64,000 nucleotides of DNA, taken from the NCBI RefSeq assembly GCF_009914755.1, contig NC_060939.1, one strand, 5' to 3'. Positions 45,238 through 58,999 of this stretch are shown one piece after another. A program made the position numbers and the translations under genes. The notes under the pieces are model-generated. The model saw only the letters and a list, made by a program, of their open reading frames with translations. It was not told where the DNA came from and ran no database searches. Each line of letters begins with the position of its first letter. The first letter of the stretch is position 1. Source of the DNA: the human T2T-CHM13v2.0 reference genome, Homo sapiens.

Positions 45238-46775
45238 CTATCTATTATCACCGTGGAATAGTTGAAGTGTTGGCTTGAACCTCAGAAGGAAATAAACAGG
45301 CTCATGAGCTAGCCATATAAGTATAATCTATATAATAATGGTTTTCATCCATGATGCATTTAAAACAAATTTAAGCCCTAACCCTGAGATTCTGGTTCCC
45401 CAGGTCTATGGCAGGGCCCAGTTTGTAGATTTTTAGCAGTCTCTAGAGGATTCTATGGCAGGACCAGAACAAGGACCCAAATTTTCCGGCTCTTGGCTGG
45501 AGCCTCCCCATAACCTGCATGATCCCTAGACCATGTCCCCAGCTGGATGGGGCTCCCACCACCCCTGGGGCTGCAGCCTCTTGCCAGAAGCAGGATCTTA
45601 GCCCTCTCCAGCTTCCTTTGCAGTTGCTTCAGATTGAGTCGAAATCTTCGGTCACTAGGACTTGAAGCTTCTCTTCTAGTTCTGAGTTCTTCTGCTTCCG
45701 GTCCTCGTTGTTTTGGCTATGGCCAGAGGCAGTAGAGAAAAGAATGAACAAAGAACAGAAAGGACTACTGTGGAATCAATGAAGAGCAGAAAGGACTGCT
45801 CCTCTATCCTCACCTCACCCCACAACCACAGAACCATGGCATTGGAAGGGACCTCAGGAATCAAAAGTCACAGGTGGCAGTCCAGAGAGAAGACATGAGT
45901 TCCCCGAGGCCAAAGCATGAGTCAGGGGCACAGCCGACCCTAAAGCGTAGCCTGTGCACACATGCAAACCTGTATGATCACCTCACCATGCTCACCTGCA
46001 GCCTTCCCACCTCCCAGCACATCACCCACGCTAAGGGCCCCACACCTCCCATCCCACCCTCCCCCATCCTACCTATTCTTGTATGACTCCAGCCTGAGGG
46101 CATCTCTGTCTTTGGTTACCTCCTTGATATACTGCAAATACAGAAAGGTTAAGTCAGGACAAAACAGGCAGAGGAGCAGCTGGCTGGCCAGTAACAATAG
46201 CTATAATAACTATTCCCCAGTCAACAATTCCTTACTCTCAATCACAGCTGACATGTTTTCATGGCATTTCCAAGCCTATAGTCTCATTTGTTTCTCAAAG
46301 AACTCAATAAGGGTGGAAGCGACGGGGAAAGAGATCAAATTTATAGCTGGCTACCAGAGGCCCAGAGAGATCAGAGAATATTGCTATTGTTATTACCCTT
46401 ATTACTACCACTGTTTGAAGCTTTGAGCGCTTCACCAGGCACCATGCTAGCAATCCCATTTAATTCTCACAACCACCATATGAGACAGTTACTATTTTTA
46501 CCTCTATTGCGTAGATTAAAAAAATGGGGTATTAGAGGTTAATTGCTTGCCTAAGATCACTCAGACAGAGCTGGGATTTGAACACCCAGGTATATCTGAT
46601 TCTCTAACCCTTTTTTTCACTGGGGGTCGGGACACAGAAAGGAAGGAGGAAATTAACTTTTTGTTCACTTTTTGAAAGAATGATAAATTCACATAGTCCC
46701 AAACTCAGAAGGTACAGAAGTGAAATATCTCCCAGCCACCCTGTTTCTCTCTCCTGAGTTTTGTATGAATCCTTT

Positions 46776-47480
46776 TGTGGCAGGCCAATTCTCCCTGATA
46801 GTCACACAGACAGGCCTTCATGACAGTCACACAGAGAGCCCTGCACCGCACTCCAGTTATACAAACAAATTTCCACAGAGCTGCCTTAACATTGAGCAAA
46901 TAGTTAAACCTAGGGAAATCCGTGCCCAGGTATCAAAGCTAAAAATGAAACATATGGTCAGTAGGACCCTTGCATAGGCTTCTCCCTAACCTGGAGCAAG
47001 TCAAAATAATAGAGACAGTCTTATATTCCTTGTCTCGGGTCGACGGAATCTGAGACGAGTCAAGGTAACAGAGGCAGCTGTTTGAATAGATTCATCGGAG
47101 GGTCTAAGGCAGTCTCCAGACCAAGCTGTAAGGGAGGTAAGATAGAAATAATCATTCAGGTACCACAGTAGACAGACCTTGAAGGTACCAGGGCCCTCAC
47201 AGCTTAATCAGACTTAGCAAGCATTTTTTGCCTCTGACCTTCTAGTTGAAACAAAATTAGTTATCAGTGGACTTAGGCGAATGCTATACTGTACGTAGAC
47301 ACATAACCCCAACCTATATAAACACTAAGAATACTGTAACATTTCGAGTTGGTCTGGTGGAGTTATCTCCAGCCTTCTCTCTGTATCCAGTTACAGCAAT
47401 AAATCCCCTTCTTTCCTAGTTTGCTTCTCATTTTTGAGCCTCAAGAAAACGCAGCCAGACCCAGTCTGGCTCTGAGACCA
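46776..47480 (+). mobile_element. ERV1-type solo LTR (family not assigned)
   Basis: TG...CA ends; CTATATAAA at 47314; AATAAA at 47398; 4-bp TSD CTTT; empty site in block B (~37935). Confidence 0.8.
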
Positions 47481-47523
47481 CTTTCAAGCATGTTTTATGT
47501 ATATTGTCATAGTACTTACACAC

Positions 47524-47525
<2 letters not shown>

Positions 47526-47568
<43 letters not shown>
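47526..47568. repeat. (CA)n microsatellite
   Basis: Direct reading; shorter in the paralog at ~37969. Confidence 0.95.
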
Positions 47569-47570
<2 letters not shown>

Positions 47571-48920
47571 TCCTTCTCTCTCCACAAATGGTAACATACT
47601 AAAGATACTCTTCTGTACTTTCACAGTGCAAGTACCATATCCCACACCTAGGATTTGGCTAAGGCCACAGCCAAGTGAAGGCAGGGTAGGCACTTGGCCT
47701 CTAAGCTCTGCATCCAGTGCTCCACGTCCAAGCTCTGCTTGCTCCCCACAGCACTCCCCAACTCATCCACAGCAGCCAACTCAGCCGCAGGCTGCCTCTA
47801 ACAACCACACACAAAAACAATGAGAAATGGCCCATGCTGCTTTCTGGGCAGGACACTCCATCCTGCAGAAGGGACCTAAAGGTCCCTCACTCCTCCACCT
47901 GGGAAGCTGGGCTGCCAAGGGATGGGGCAGGCGGTAGGACTCACACTGTCCATGTTCTTCTGCTGCATGGAGACAGCAAAGAGTCCATTACAACTCTCCC
48001 ACACACTGCTGGGAATACTGCAGGCCGCTGGCCAGATCCATGGACTCTCCTGAAATGAGAGAGGTTGAGATGGGGTCCAAAGGCCTATCAAAGCACCAGG
48101 TTGAAGGATGACAGGGTGCCCAGATTCCCACCTTCAAAGTGCCTGGCAGCACGTTGCATATGATACAGTTCAGTATTTAATTTTCCTTTCTCAGACATCA
48201 GTTTGTTGGTTCTCTGAATTTGAACCTTTGGGAGAAAAGCCAAGCAAGTGCTGAAAGAGAAGGAAAGCAACATTCTCCAGAGGACAGGAGGGAACTTCAC
48301 ACCCTCCACTCACCTCTAACTGCCTCTTTAGGGTTCCCTGGTTTTGCTGGCTTTCTTGCTTTTCCTATAGGAAGAGGAAGACAGAGCTCTTACTAGGGGG
48401 AGGCAGAGATGGCACAGCAAAGACATGCCCCCAGAATTCCACCAATGCCCCAGGACAGGCCCACCCATGGGACCAGGTTATCAGGGACCCTGTGGGGATG
48501 AGGTGGAACCTGGGGGGTGAGCCTTCTTCCCAGGCTGGGGGTCAGCAAGACGAGACTAGCACCTCTACATCTGAGTGCCCCCCAAACCCAGCAGTCATGC
48601 TGTGAGCAAAGAAATTACATTACTAGTGTGATTCTAGTTGATCCACAATTTCTTGGTTGTGCTGTTTCCTTGGGAGAGTCAAAGGAAGGTGACCAAGGGT
48701 GGCCCCCTCCACTCTATTCCCCAGGCCATGAAGCAGTAGGCAGGGGCCAGGAGTGGATTTTAAAGGCAAAGTTCTCAGACCCACTAGGATCATGAACTGG
48801 TAAACTCTCCTCAAGCTCCCAAGGACAGAGGATTTGGGTCTTTGTTGGTTTTGGCCCACAGCCACAGAACTGAAAGTCTGAATCTGGATTCTCTCAAAAG
48901 GACAGTGACATAAACCTCTA

Positions 48921-49546
48921 TGAGGCAGGAAAATAGGGTCTGGAGGCAGGGAACCTAAGGCTGTTTCGCTCTGACTTCCTAGAACCAAAATGAAAAGAAA
49001 ACCCTAACTTTCCATGTCTAAGTAACAAAAGAACCAGAGGCTACTACCTCTGACCTTTTCTGTGAGGCAGATGGGAAATTGGCTGTCTGCAACAAGTAAG
49101 ACTGATTGCTGGTCAAGTCTTCATTTGCAAAGAAGTATAACTTTGTAACTTCATCCTAGCCTCTGATTGGTTGCTTTTTGCAACTCATCAGATTGTTTGC
49201 ACAGGAGTGTGACTTTTGTAACTTCACTTCAGCCTCTGGTTGGCTGCTTTCTGCAACCAATCAGACTGATTGCGGCTACCATTTCAGTTACTTGAGGTGA
49301 GCATGAAGTGGCCGATGGGAAAATTCTGGTGGGTATTTGGACCAGGAAGATTCTGTATCCAGGCCCCTGAGCTGCTGCTCAGGCCCACTCCCACACTGTG
49401 GAGTGTACTTTTGTTTTCAATAAATTCCTGCTTTGGTTCTTTTGTTGCTTCATTCTTTCTTTGATTTGCTTGGCGTTTTGTCCAATTCTTTGTTCAAAAT
49501 TCCAAGAACCTGGACAACTTGTAGTCACGACCTTCTACCAGTGACG
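48921..49546 (+). mobile_element. MER51-like ERV1 solo LTR
   Basis: TGAGGCAGG..GGAACCTAAGGCTGTTTC start; repeated CCAAT/ATTGG boxes; AATAAA; TSD TCTA; empty site in block B (~39300). Confidence 0.82.
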
Positions 49547-50438
49547 TCTATAGATGGAGTCTGAGAAAAGCCCACCATTCTGCCAGCTTGTGATTTAGAA
49601 AGTGCATTCATTCAACATTGGCTAAGCACATACGGGCCAGGTACAATTCTTCATAGCAGGGATATAGGATGGAAAAGAATCCTATAGATTCAGACAGGAT
49701 CCCTTGGCCCTGAGGTTTACATTCTAGTAGACCTTTAAATCTTGGACTCTCAGAGCTAGCAGAGACTTTTGATACTCTCCACCTCCTTGAGAAACGCAAG
49801 CCCAAGGAGGAGAGGTGGCTTGTCCAGAATCAAACAGCAAATTAGGGACTGAGTCAGGGCAGAAATATGGAGTTCCTGACAACCAGTCAGACTAGCACTT
49901 CCCCAAGAGGCAACAATCCCAAGGCATGTCTGGCAGTGACTGGAGCAGGCATGTCTGGAGAAGAGACAGTAGGCAAAGAGGGCAGCAACAGAAGAGCCAT
50001 GATGCATGCTCCATGATCTGGGGTCCCTCCAGCTGAGACCTGGGCCCCCCAGCTCCCCATTTGCCCTTGGCACTGGGTGCTCCTAGCCCCTTTCTTCAGG
50101 GCCCCAAGGGGAAACTGGAGCCCAGATTGGCAGAGTGGAACCAGGAGACCCTACTGGACTCTTAACTATTTCTCAGTTATTCTATTGAGTTGATTGTTTG
50201 TTAGATAGCTGGAGTCCAGGGTACAGTTACCTCTTGATAACAGCTCTGAAATGCACGCAGAGAGGAGGAGCTGGAGGAGGACTGTGGGGAGAGTCAGAAA
50301 GGGTAATCATTAGGGCTGGGAGCTGTTGGGATGTCTTAGCGGGCAGAGGGTCATCCAACCCCCACTGTGGGAGGAGGTTTGAGGGCTGGCCCAGAGGGCC
50401 CAGGCCCTCTTACGTCCAGATTCTTCAGGGTAGCAGAT

Positions 50439-51095
50439 TGTTAGAAATGAAAATTCAGAGTCGTAAGGAACACGAAAACACAAACAAAAGATTTCTCAGC
50501 AAGGCAATTTTACTTCTGCAGAAGGATCCTGTTTGCAAGCCAGATTGCCTTGAAAGCACACCAAACAAAGGAAAGCAGGAGTTTTTATCCCTGATGCATC
50601 AGGACCGTACTGCTGTGTCCTATCTCCATTGGCTGGAGCTGGAACTCACAATCTAAACTGATTCTGACTGGCTAAAATCTTAAAACTTTCCTAAATAGGT
50701 AACGGCACAATGGAGAACAAAGAAAGGGAGGGGGTTACGTACAGGAAACTGGGATAATAATAACATTTCCAAATAAGGAAAAGGCATAGGCTACAAGCTG
50801 GGACATGCCTGGGCATGTCCAAGCATATCTAGGCAGACTAGAAACTAGAATAAACAACTTAGGCTTTGTTTAAAATATAAGGACATAGAAACATAGAATA
50901 CACTTATTTCTCTACTATATTTAACAGCTACCCAGGGCATAACAAAGAGTCATTAGTAAACTAAAAGATTTATTAGTTTGTAGCATAAAAAGAAAAGAAA
51001 ACTTGAAAGAAGTTTTTAAAAGGAACTGTTGTTCTTCTTAACACTTACTGTTTTTAAAAAGGGAAACTTTGAAGAGGAACTTTTTATTCTTAACA
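50439..51095 (-). mobile_element. LTR10-like (ERV1) solo LTR inserted in a GOLGA exon
   Basis: TGTTA...TAACA termini; degraded 4-bp TSD (AGAT/CGAT; GGAT in block B empty site ~40205); minus-strand AGTAAA polyA signal near 50510. Confidence 0.75.
50801..50820. promoter_or_regulatory. Perfect p53 response element
   Basis: GGACATGCCT GGGCATGTCC = RRRCWWGYYY x2 with no spacer, followed by imperfect AAGCATATCT. Confidence 0.85.
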
Positions 51096-51981
51096 CGATG
51101 ATGCAGGGCCCTCCCAGTGGATACCTGTTGCTGACTACAAAAGATGAGAGTGCGCATGGAAATGTTCTGCCCCTCAGTGTCTAAGCCCTATGACCTCCTT
51201 TCTTCCCCAGCAACTGGCAATATTTTCTTTTCTGCCTATCTTGAACCCTTCATTCCATAACTCTTTTGTACCAAATTCTCTCACAGTTCTTATCTCCCCA
51301 CCATCCCTCCCTTCAGAGCAGCTCTCATCTGGTGCTTCTGCAGCAAAAAATGATGCAACCAGTCATGTGGTCCAACTCCTTCACGTGAACAGCTTCAAGG
51401 GAGAAGGCTAAGGGAAAAGGCGACTTCCTCAACATTGCCCAGCAGCAAATCAGCTGCTCCCAGGATCTGTCCTCTCTTGCAAAACCCTGCCTCAGTTTCT
51501 TTCTATCATACTTTCCTTGCCCCTGCACCCCACTCTGGGCTTCAATTTCTGAGGTACCTCAGAGGCAACACCATTGAGCTGTTGGTAGAGTTACTGCAGG
51601 CTCTTGGTCAATGAGAAAGTCCTAGGGGTGGAGACATGGGTCACGGGTGCAAGTGGCTTGATGGGAAAGAAGGTCATGGGCAGTGGCCTTCCTGACTCCC
51701 TTGGCCTAGAGGCTGCTGCCCCAATAGGAGACACTCACTTGGTTTCACCTGTAAGATTAGGGCCATTGTCAGCATCATGTTTCTGTGTGGGAAGAAACAT
51801 ATAAGAGGGTCATTCAATTTCTGGTAACAATCACCCAGGGTGGGGTGAGCCAAGCTCCCAAGCTCATTCCAACAATCTTGCATCTCCCCAGACCTCAAGG
51901 AAAAGTCCAGTCTCAGCCTTCCCCCAGTCCAGTTCCCAGGAAGGCCACTTGGTCCTAGAGAACAAGCTACCTGTGAGATAG

Positions 51982-52188
<207 letters not shown>

Positions 52189-52925
52189 TAAAAAGACAAT
52201 AAACCACAGTCACCACCCCCACCCTGTCCTTTTACATCCAGAAACATCTACCCAACCAAGAAACAACCCAAAAAAACAGACATAAGACATCTGCCCTATG
52301 GCTCTTGGCAACTTAGAAATTGTGGGGCCTCTTTCCTGAGAACAGCAGTTGGGGACCATCCTAGGATTCAGGACTTGGAGTCATTTGGAGCCTCTCCCTT
52401 GCCCTGAACTGGACCTACTTGCTTGACCAGAGCCCCACCCAGCCTGTCTCCAGGCTCTGGCCTTACTCTTGGCCCAAGCATCTGGCTCTAGAGATCTTCT
52501 AATATCCAACAGGCCAGGTGGGCAGACAGTGGAAAAAGCTGGCTGACCAGCTAAGCTTGACAAGAGAAAACCACCAGGGAGCCAGGGCCTGGACAGGGAA
52601 GCTGGGTTTGGAGGAAGTGGCTACACCTCGCTCCAGGGAAAGGACTGCCTGCTCACTGGACCCTTTGGTCCTGGCCTCTGAAAACCCAAATCTGCTTCCC
52701 TCCTTAGAGCAAGTGCTGTAGAGGCTGGAAGAACTGAAGATAATTTTAAGTCTTGTAGCTAAGAATGGAGTTTAAAAAAAATAAAGCCTACTCTCCTCAA
52801 ATGGTCCCATCCCATTAAGATTTTTTTCTCTCTCCATTATTCCCTACTTCTGGAAATGTTATCAGCTCTACTCAGGATACTGCAATCACAGACCTACACT
52901 CCTGGAGTAGAAAACTTACATGGTT

Positions 52926-53271
<346 letters not shown>

Positions 53272-53320
53272 TTACATGGGAAACAGTTATGGATATGGAG
53301 AAGGTATAAAAGCAGCAAGG

Positions 53321-53605
53321 AGCCAGGCGCAGTGGCTCATGCATGTAATCCCAGCACTTTGGGAGGCCGAGGCTGGTGGATTACTTGGGGCCAGGAGTTC
53401 CAGACCAGCCTGGGCAACACAGCAAAACCCCGTCTCTATTAAAAATACAAAAAAATTAGCCGGGCACGGTGGTGGGTGCCTGTAATCCTAGCTACTCGGA
53501 AGGCCTGAGGCATGACAATCACTTGTACCCAGGAGGCAGAGGTTGCAGTGAGCCGATATGCCGCCACTGCACTCCAGGAGAAAGAGCCAGACTCTTGCCT
53601 CAAAA
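53321..53605 (+). mobile_element. Alu
   Basis: Full dimer. Confidence 0.9.
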
Positions 53606-54735
53606 ACAAACACTAAAACTAAACAGCAAGAAGGAAATATGTGGATCTGGGCCTTTGTTTCCAGAACAGAGACCTGGGCTGGGCACACAATCTCAGAGCA
53701 TTAGAAAACAGGCTTCAGACCCCCTAATCCACTGGACCACTGGCAGAGAAAAAGCCAAATACACGGCTGCAGGATGCCCTTAGGCCTGTGCTCCCCACAG
53801 TACCACTCAGTATCTCCTCTGAGCTGGCAAGGTGAGTTACAGCACCTGGACAGACCTGACCGACTGCGGGGGTAACAGGTGTGATGACTGAACAACTCTC
53901 TAACAGCAGCCAAGGGTGCTCTGTCTTAGTCCCCCTCCCCATGCCCATCTTCAACAGGATCTGGTGCCATTTGTGCCCTGCTCCTCTGGCTTGTCAGGAG
54001 CCCCCCAGGTAAGTTAGATATGAAGGAAATGCCAAATCACAACCAGAGGAAGTCATCTCCTAGCCCCGTGTACCCCCATGCCCTGCCCCCACCAGACTCC
54101 CTGTGCTCCTGAAAGGTGCTCTGTGAATTCATAATGATGACCATGACCTCACCACTCCCCCTGCCTCCCCCACTCCCCTTATGGATGAATGTTTACCCAC
54201 CTTAAATCTTCAAGCCAGCCTCAAATGCCACTTCCTCCGGCCTCGAGTCCATTCGGAACCAACCTACCCTTCAGCTGAGCATTTGGAATTTTCCAAAATT
54301 CTCTCTTTCCTCCTTCAGAGGAGTCTGCCTCACTCAGTGTGCAGCCTAGCTTGTTCATCTATTCTCTCCATTGTTTATTTAGCAAAGTGTCTTTGCTATC
54401 AAGAGCCCAATGAATATGGCTAAGTGTCCGTTTGATTTTAAAGAGATTAGGGGCAGAATGTTTCGGTCACTTATCTGTTTGGTTAACCTCATATTTTTCA
54501 CAGTTAGTTCCTCCAAAAAAATAGATTCAATCCTTCCAACTGTAATGTGAACTCATTTTCTCTTAACCCTATGTTCTCTACTCTTAAACCAAAGTGAATT
54601 AATTTTAAAAAATCACAAACTTCTATGTGGTCTAATGATTGCCTTTAGGGCAAAACCTAAAAGTTGGTTGGGTTTTTTTCTCCATCCCTCCTAGTCTGAG
54701 AGTATCACACTGGGCACTCAAAAGCCCAAATCTCA

Positions 54736-55030
54736 GGCCGGGCATGATGGCTCATGCCTGTAATCCCAGCACTTTGGGAGGCCAAGGAGGGCAGATCATT
54801 TGAGGTTAGGGGTTCGAGACCAGCCTGGCCAACATGGTGAAACCCTGTCTCTACTAAAAGTACAAAAACTAGCTGGGCATGGTGATGGGCACCTGTAATT
54901 CCAGCTACTCAGGAGGCTGAGGCAAGAGAATGGCTTGAACCCGGGAGGCAGAGATTGCAGCAAGCTGACATTGTGCCACTGCATTCCAGCCTGGGTGACA
55001 GAGCAAGACTCCATCTCAAAAGAAAAAAAA
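54736..55030 (+). mobile_element. AluS
   Basis: Full dimer; TSD-like AAAAG(T)CCCAAATC. Confidence 0.9.
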
Positions 55031-57601
55031 GTCCCAAATCCCACATGCCTGCTCTGAAAGTTATTCTCAAATTGTTTTTAAACTTTAAGGTATGTCACAC
55101 CTTCTCTAAAATGATAAAAGATGTGGGGGAAGGAAAAAAACCCAATCAATCAAGCAAGTGAAGAAGCGGACAAAAACAGGCTGAAGGTTAAGGCAGCAAA
55201 ATATAATAAGCCAAAGGCAAAGTATCCCCCAAAACCAGAGAAGCCTAAGGGCATGCACAGCTGGAGAGAGCAAGCCAGGGAGGAGTCTCAGCACTCTCTC
55301 ACCTTCCATTTGTCCAATGTGGGGAACGCAGCACCTTCACAAAGTCCTGAATCTACAGGAGGCGAAAAGGGAAAAACAAGGGCAGGGGGAGAAAGAGTCG
55401 CTTAAAGAGAGGCAAGAAAGTCAGGGAATGAGGAAGATATAGGTTCAGGGAAACGAAATGCTGAAGAAGAGTGGAGGAGGTCAAAACCATGACCTGTGGT
55501 TTTGACCTCCTCCCACCAAATGGCCACCTGCTGCCTTGCCAGGGGCAGGAACAAATAGATGGGAAAGTCCCCTAAGCGATGCAGTCACACAGAGTGGGGT
55601 CGCCTGACCAGTGCAGCTCTTAATACACTCACTGGACCCCTCTCCTCAGGCCCAGGACGTGGGCGATGAATCTGGTAGAGCTCCAGAAGACCTCCACCTC
55701 TATTTTAAAAACCAGACTTCTGAGTAAGGGTTCACTTGAACAAAGGGGGCTCCAGCTAAAAAACGAAAGACACTGATCTTACCCAGTATCATCTTACAGA
55801 GGAGGAAACTGAGGACCAGTGGAAGAAGTGATTTTTCTGTGGTCACTCAGCAAGCTGATGGCAAAGATGAACTCAAAAGTTAGATCTCCGAATCCTAGTG
55901 CCTGGGGCTCTCCTCACCACACGCTGGGGCCCTTTCAGTAACTCCTAAAGGGACAGCCTGATGGGCAAATGACTGTTCTCATTGGCCTGGTTTCCCCCTT
56001 GAGACTGGGGATGAGGAAAATCAAACAGCAACTACCATTTCCTGGGTGTCCTGGGTGTTTACAGCAGGCCCCTTACTAGGGATTAACACAAAAACAACAG
56101 CGATAACAAATCTCATTTAAACCTCACAAATATATGTAAAACAATACCACCCCTGTTTTACAGATGTGAAAAAGGAGGCCCAAAGAGAACTCAAGCAATT
56201 TGCCCTAAATCATATCCCTAGCAGATGGAGAGGTAGGATTCGAACCCAGAATTCTTAACCAGTACCCGACAGTTCTTCCACAATCTTAACAATTACCCTC
56301 TACTGCCCTTTGGGCCCCCTGCCCTCAGGAGCCTGGTCAGCCAAGACTCACATCCCCAGGTGAGTGGCAACCACCAGAAGTGGTTGTCTTAGTGCTACTG
56401 CCATTTTTTTTCGTTTTCTTCCTCTTTATTCCTGCCAAACATCAGGGCTGTTCCTCTGCTGATATTCTCTCAACTTTGGAAAAGAAGAGCAGTAATACTC
56501 ATGAGAACTGCAAGCCCCTACAGTCACATCGTACGTTACAGTTTTTACAAAATACTCTTATATACCATCTGATTTAATGCCACCAACAACTGTACAAGGT
56601 GTTGTCACAATCACTTAGTGACAGACAGGGATTGATATGATGGCTACAAAAAAAAAGGCAATAATGAAACTTAAACTCAGTCTTCTGATCCAAGCTCTGG
56701 GGTTTTGCCATGAATCAGCAGCTGCCAGGGACCAAAACCAGAGGCAGAGGTAGAAAAGTAAACATGAAATAGGCAGGAACTGTACACTGTGCAGTTTAGA
56801 GTCACACATCCTCACACGTCTGTTAGAGTAAGAAGTGCACCAGCACCTCTTAAACTTTTACATCAATGTATCTTCATGGCAGAAGGCAGCCTTTCTGTTA
56901 AATCTGGGAATTTATCAGAAAGAGGACAACCCAAGCCTCATTTCAGAGAGAAGTCTGGTATACTCTTAGAAATCTATGTGACTGTCACCCCTAAGTATAT
57001 TATTTTTTCTCTTTCAAGAGAATCAAGCGAAACTGATGCTTCAGAAAGATGCCCCATATTTATCCTGTGCCACGCAAAGTACCCTAGGTTGACATGAGAT
57101 GAGGAAGATTCAAGCTGTCAAGTTCAGTTTCCCAAGATCTGTTCCACAGAAGATGAGCAGATCTCACTCCAGAGACCACTGACTGAAGGGCACTCTGGTC
57201 TCAGAACCATGGAGAACTCAAATACGAGGTAGAGAACTCAGAAAACAAAATGCTGAAGTCTCTCTTAAGAAGAGAAGCCTGGAAGGAAACCAACCAATCC
57301 CATTCTCCCATTGACAACTGTCAATGGTTGCTCACAGGTTGGGGCAGGGGTGGGGGTGCAGTGGGGAGTGTAGGCTTTTCACACTATCAGTGTCTAAATT
57401 AAGGGAGTAAGGCAACCTGAAACCTCTTGCTCCCAGGTTCCATAGTTCCCATTCCCCTTCCAGTTGGAAATTTGTACTGCAACCAGAGGAACCAGATAGG
57501 GGGTGAGAACACTTAGGGGACTGGGTCCTAAGATCAAAGGCCAGTCTTGTGGCAATAATGACAGTTCTCAGGGGGACTGTGACTCACTACATTCCACTCC
57601 T

Positions 57602-58237
57602 TGTTGGGGTGATCAGACCCAACACCAGGCCATGGGGGCTACGAAGTCCGGCAGAGTCAAAGGAATGAGAAAAGACAAGTTAAGGCATAAAGTGGGACCA
57701 GGGGGCCAACGCTAGTATGGAGGCTGTGAAGGCCCCGAGCTCTGGGAGCCTATGCCATTTATTGGTAATCCAACAAAGAAGCAGGTAGTGAGGATATGAG
57801 GGTTGGGAGAAAGCAGTGCATCAGGTGAATGAGCTACAGCTGTGACGGTTTAGCATTTTCTTTGAAGTATATGGAACATGTTATGCTACTTGAGATAATG
57901 GGAAACATGTTCTTCTAGTTTAAGATACAATCGTTTTATGAACCTGGGATTGCTAGAACCAAGAAGCCAGCAAGTCTAGACACATTCCAGAGGCCACGAG
58001 GGGTTTTATGCCCTGAGCCCTGGATTCCATCCAAGCCATGAGGGGTTTTATGCCCTGGTCTTAGATTGTGGTGTGGCAGGGCAGACTTCCACCCTTCAGC
58101 ATGGAGATTGGTGTTCCAAAGGTCATGAGGGGTTTTATACTCTGGACCCCAGACATGTTCCAAGACTCTTTTGCATGATGTCAGACGTGCAAGCCCTGCC
58201 TCAGCTTCTCTCCCAACCCTCAGCTTTTCTCCCAACA
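57602..58237 (-). mobile_element. HERV-K LTR14B-like solo LTR in GOLGA intron 1
   Basis: TGTTGGG...CCCAACA ends; perfect 6-bp TSD ACTCCT; homologous to 4716-5132. Confidence 0.92.
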
Positions 58238-58704
58238 ACTCCTCCCTGTTGGGGGGGCCACATCGCTCTGAATGGTAGAGGGGGTGCTTGGAGACATGAG
58301 CTCAAAAAGCCTAGGGAGGTCTGGCTTGGGGTGGCAGGAGGTGAGGACCAAATCTGGAGTGGAGAGCCCTGGGAGTCATTGGCCCAAAGTCACCCAGGGG
58401 TGACCAGTGAGGGTGGGGACTGGGCTGCTGAGGGGGCGGGGCTGGCTGACAAGACTTTGGTTGGGGAAGCCCAGAGGCCCAGCCTGGTATGCCTCAGGAG
58501 TGGCACGGACTCTAGCAGTGGTCCTGCTGTTGAAGGGGGCTTAGGGCTGGGTCAGGTAGCCACAACCCCGTGCATTTTACCTTTTTTTCTTGGCCTTGAC
58601 CAGTTGGCTTCATTTTACCGTTTTTTTCTTGGCTGTGTCCAATTCCCTGTGTTAGTTTCTTCCGACACCACAGGGCAGGGAGGGAGGTGGGGTTGGGACC
58701 ACAT

Positions 58705-58990
58705 CAGTGTAATCCTGGCAACCACTGCTAAACACTTCTAGCCAGCTACCACCAGTTGTGCAACTGAGCCAGAGGAGGCGTAACCAGGGCCGCACTAGAA
58801 TGCAGGATAAGGGCATGGCTTCAATGCTCCAAACCCATTGGTCGACGAGAAAGGAGGGAAAGGGAAAAAAAAAAGGGAAAGGAGGCATGGCCAGGTGGCA
58901 GCGTGGCCAGAGGGACCTGTGGTTTCACAAGGAAAGCTGCACAGGCAACCGCTCTCCCCGCCCACTCCAGGAAAGGGGCAGGGCTGGCTT
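58705..58990 (-). promoter_or_regulatory. GOLGA2-derived proximal promoter/5'UTR remnant
   Basis: GC-rich; immediately upstream of the exon 1 ATG; minus-strand CCAAT near 58836-58840. Confidence 0.5.
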
Positions 58991-58999
58991 TCACTTTAA

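Noticed and set aside
58073-58741. 222-aa plus-strand ORF
   Set aside because: Spans LTR, intron and antisense exon 1; no homology recognised.
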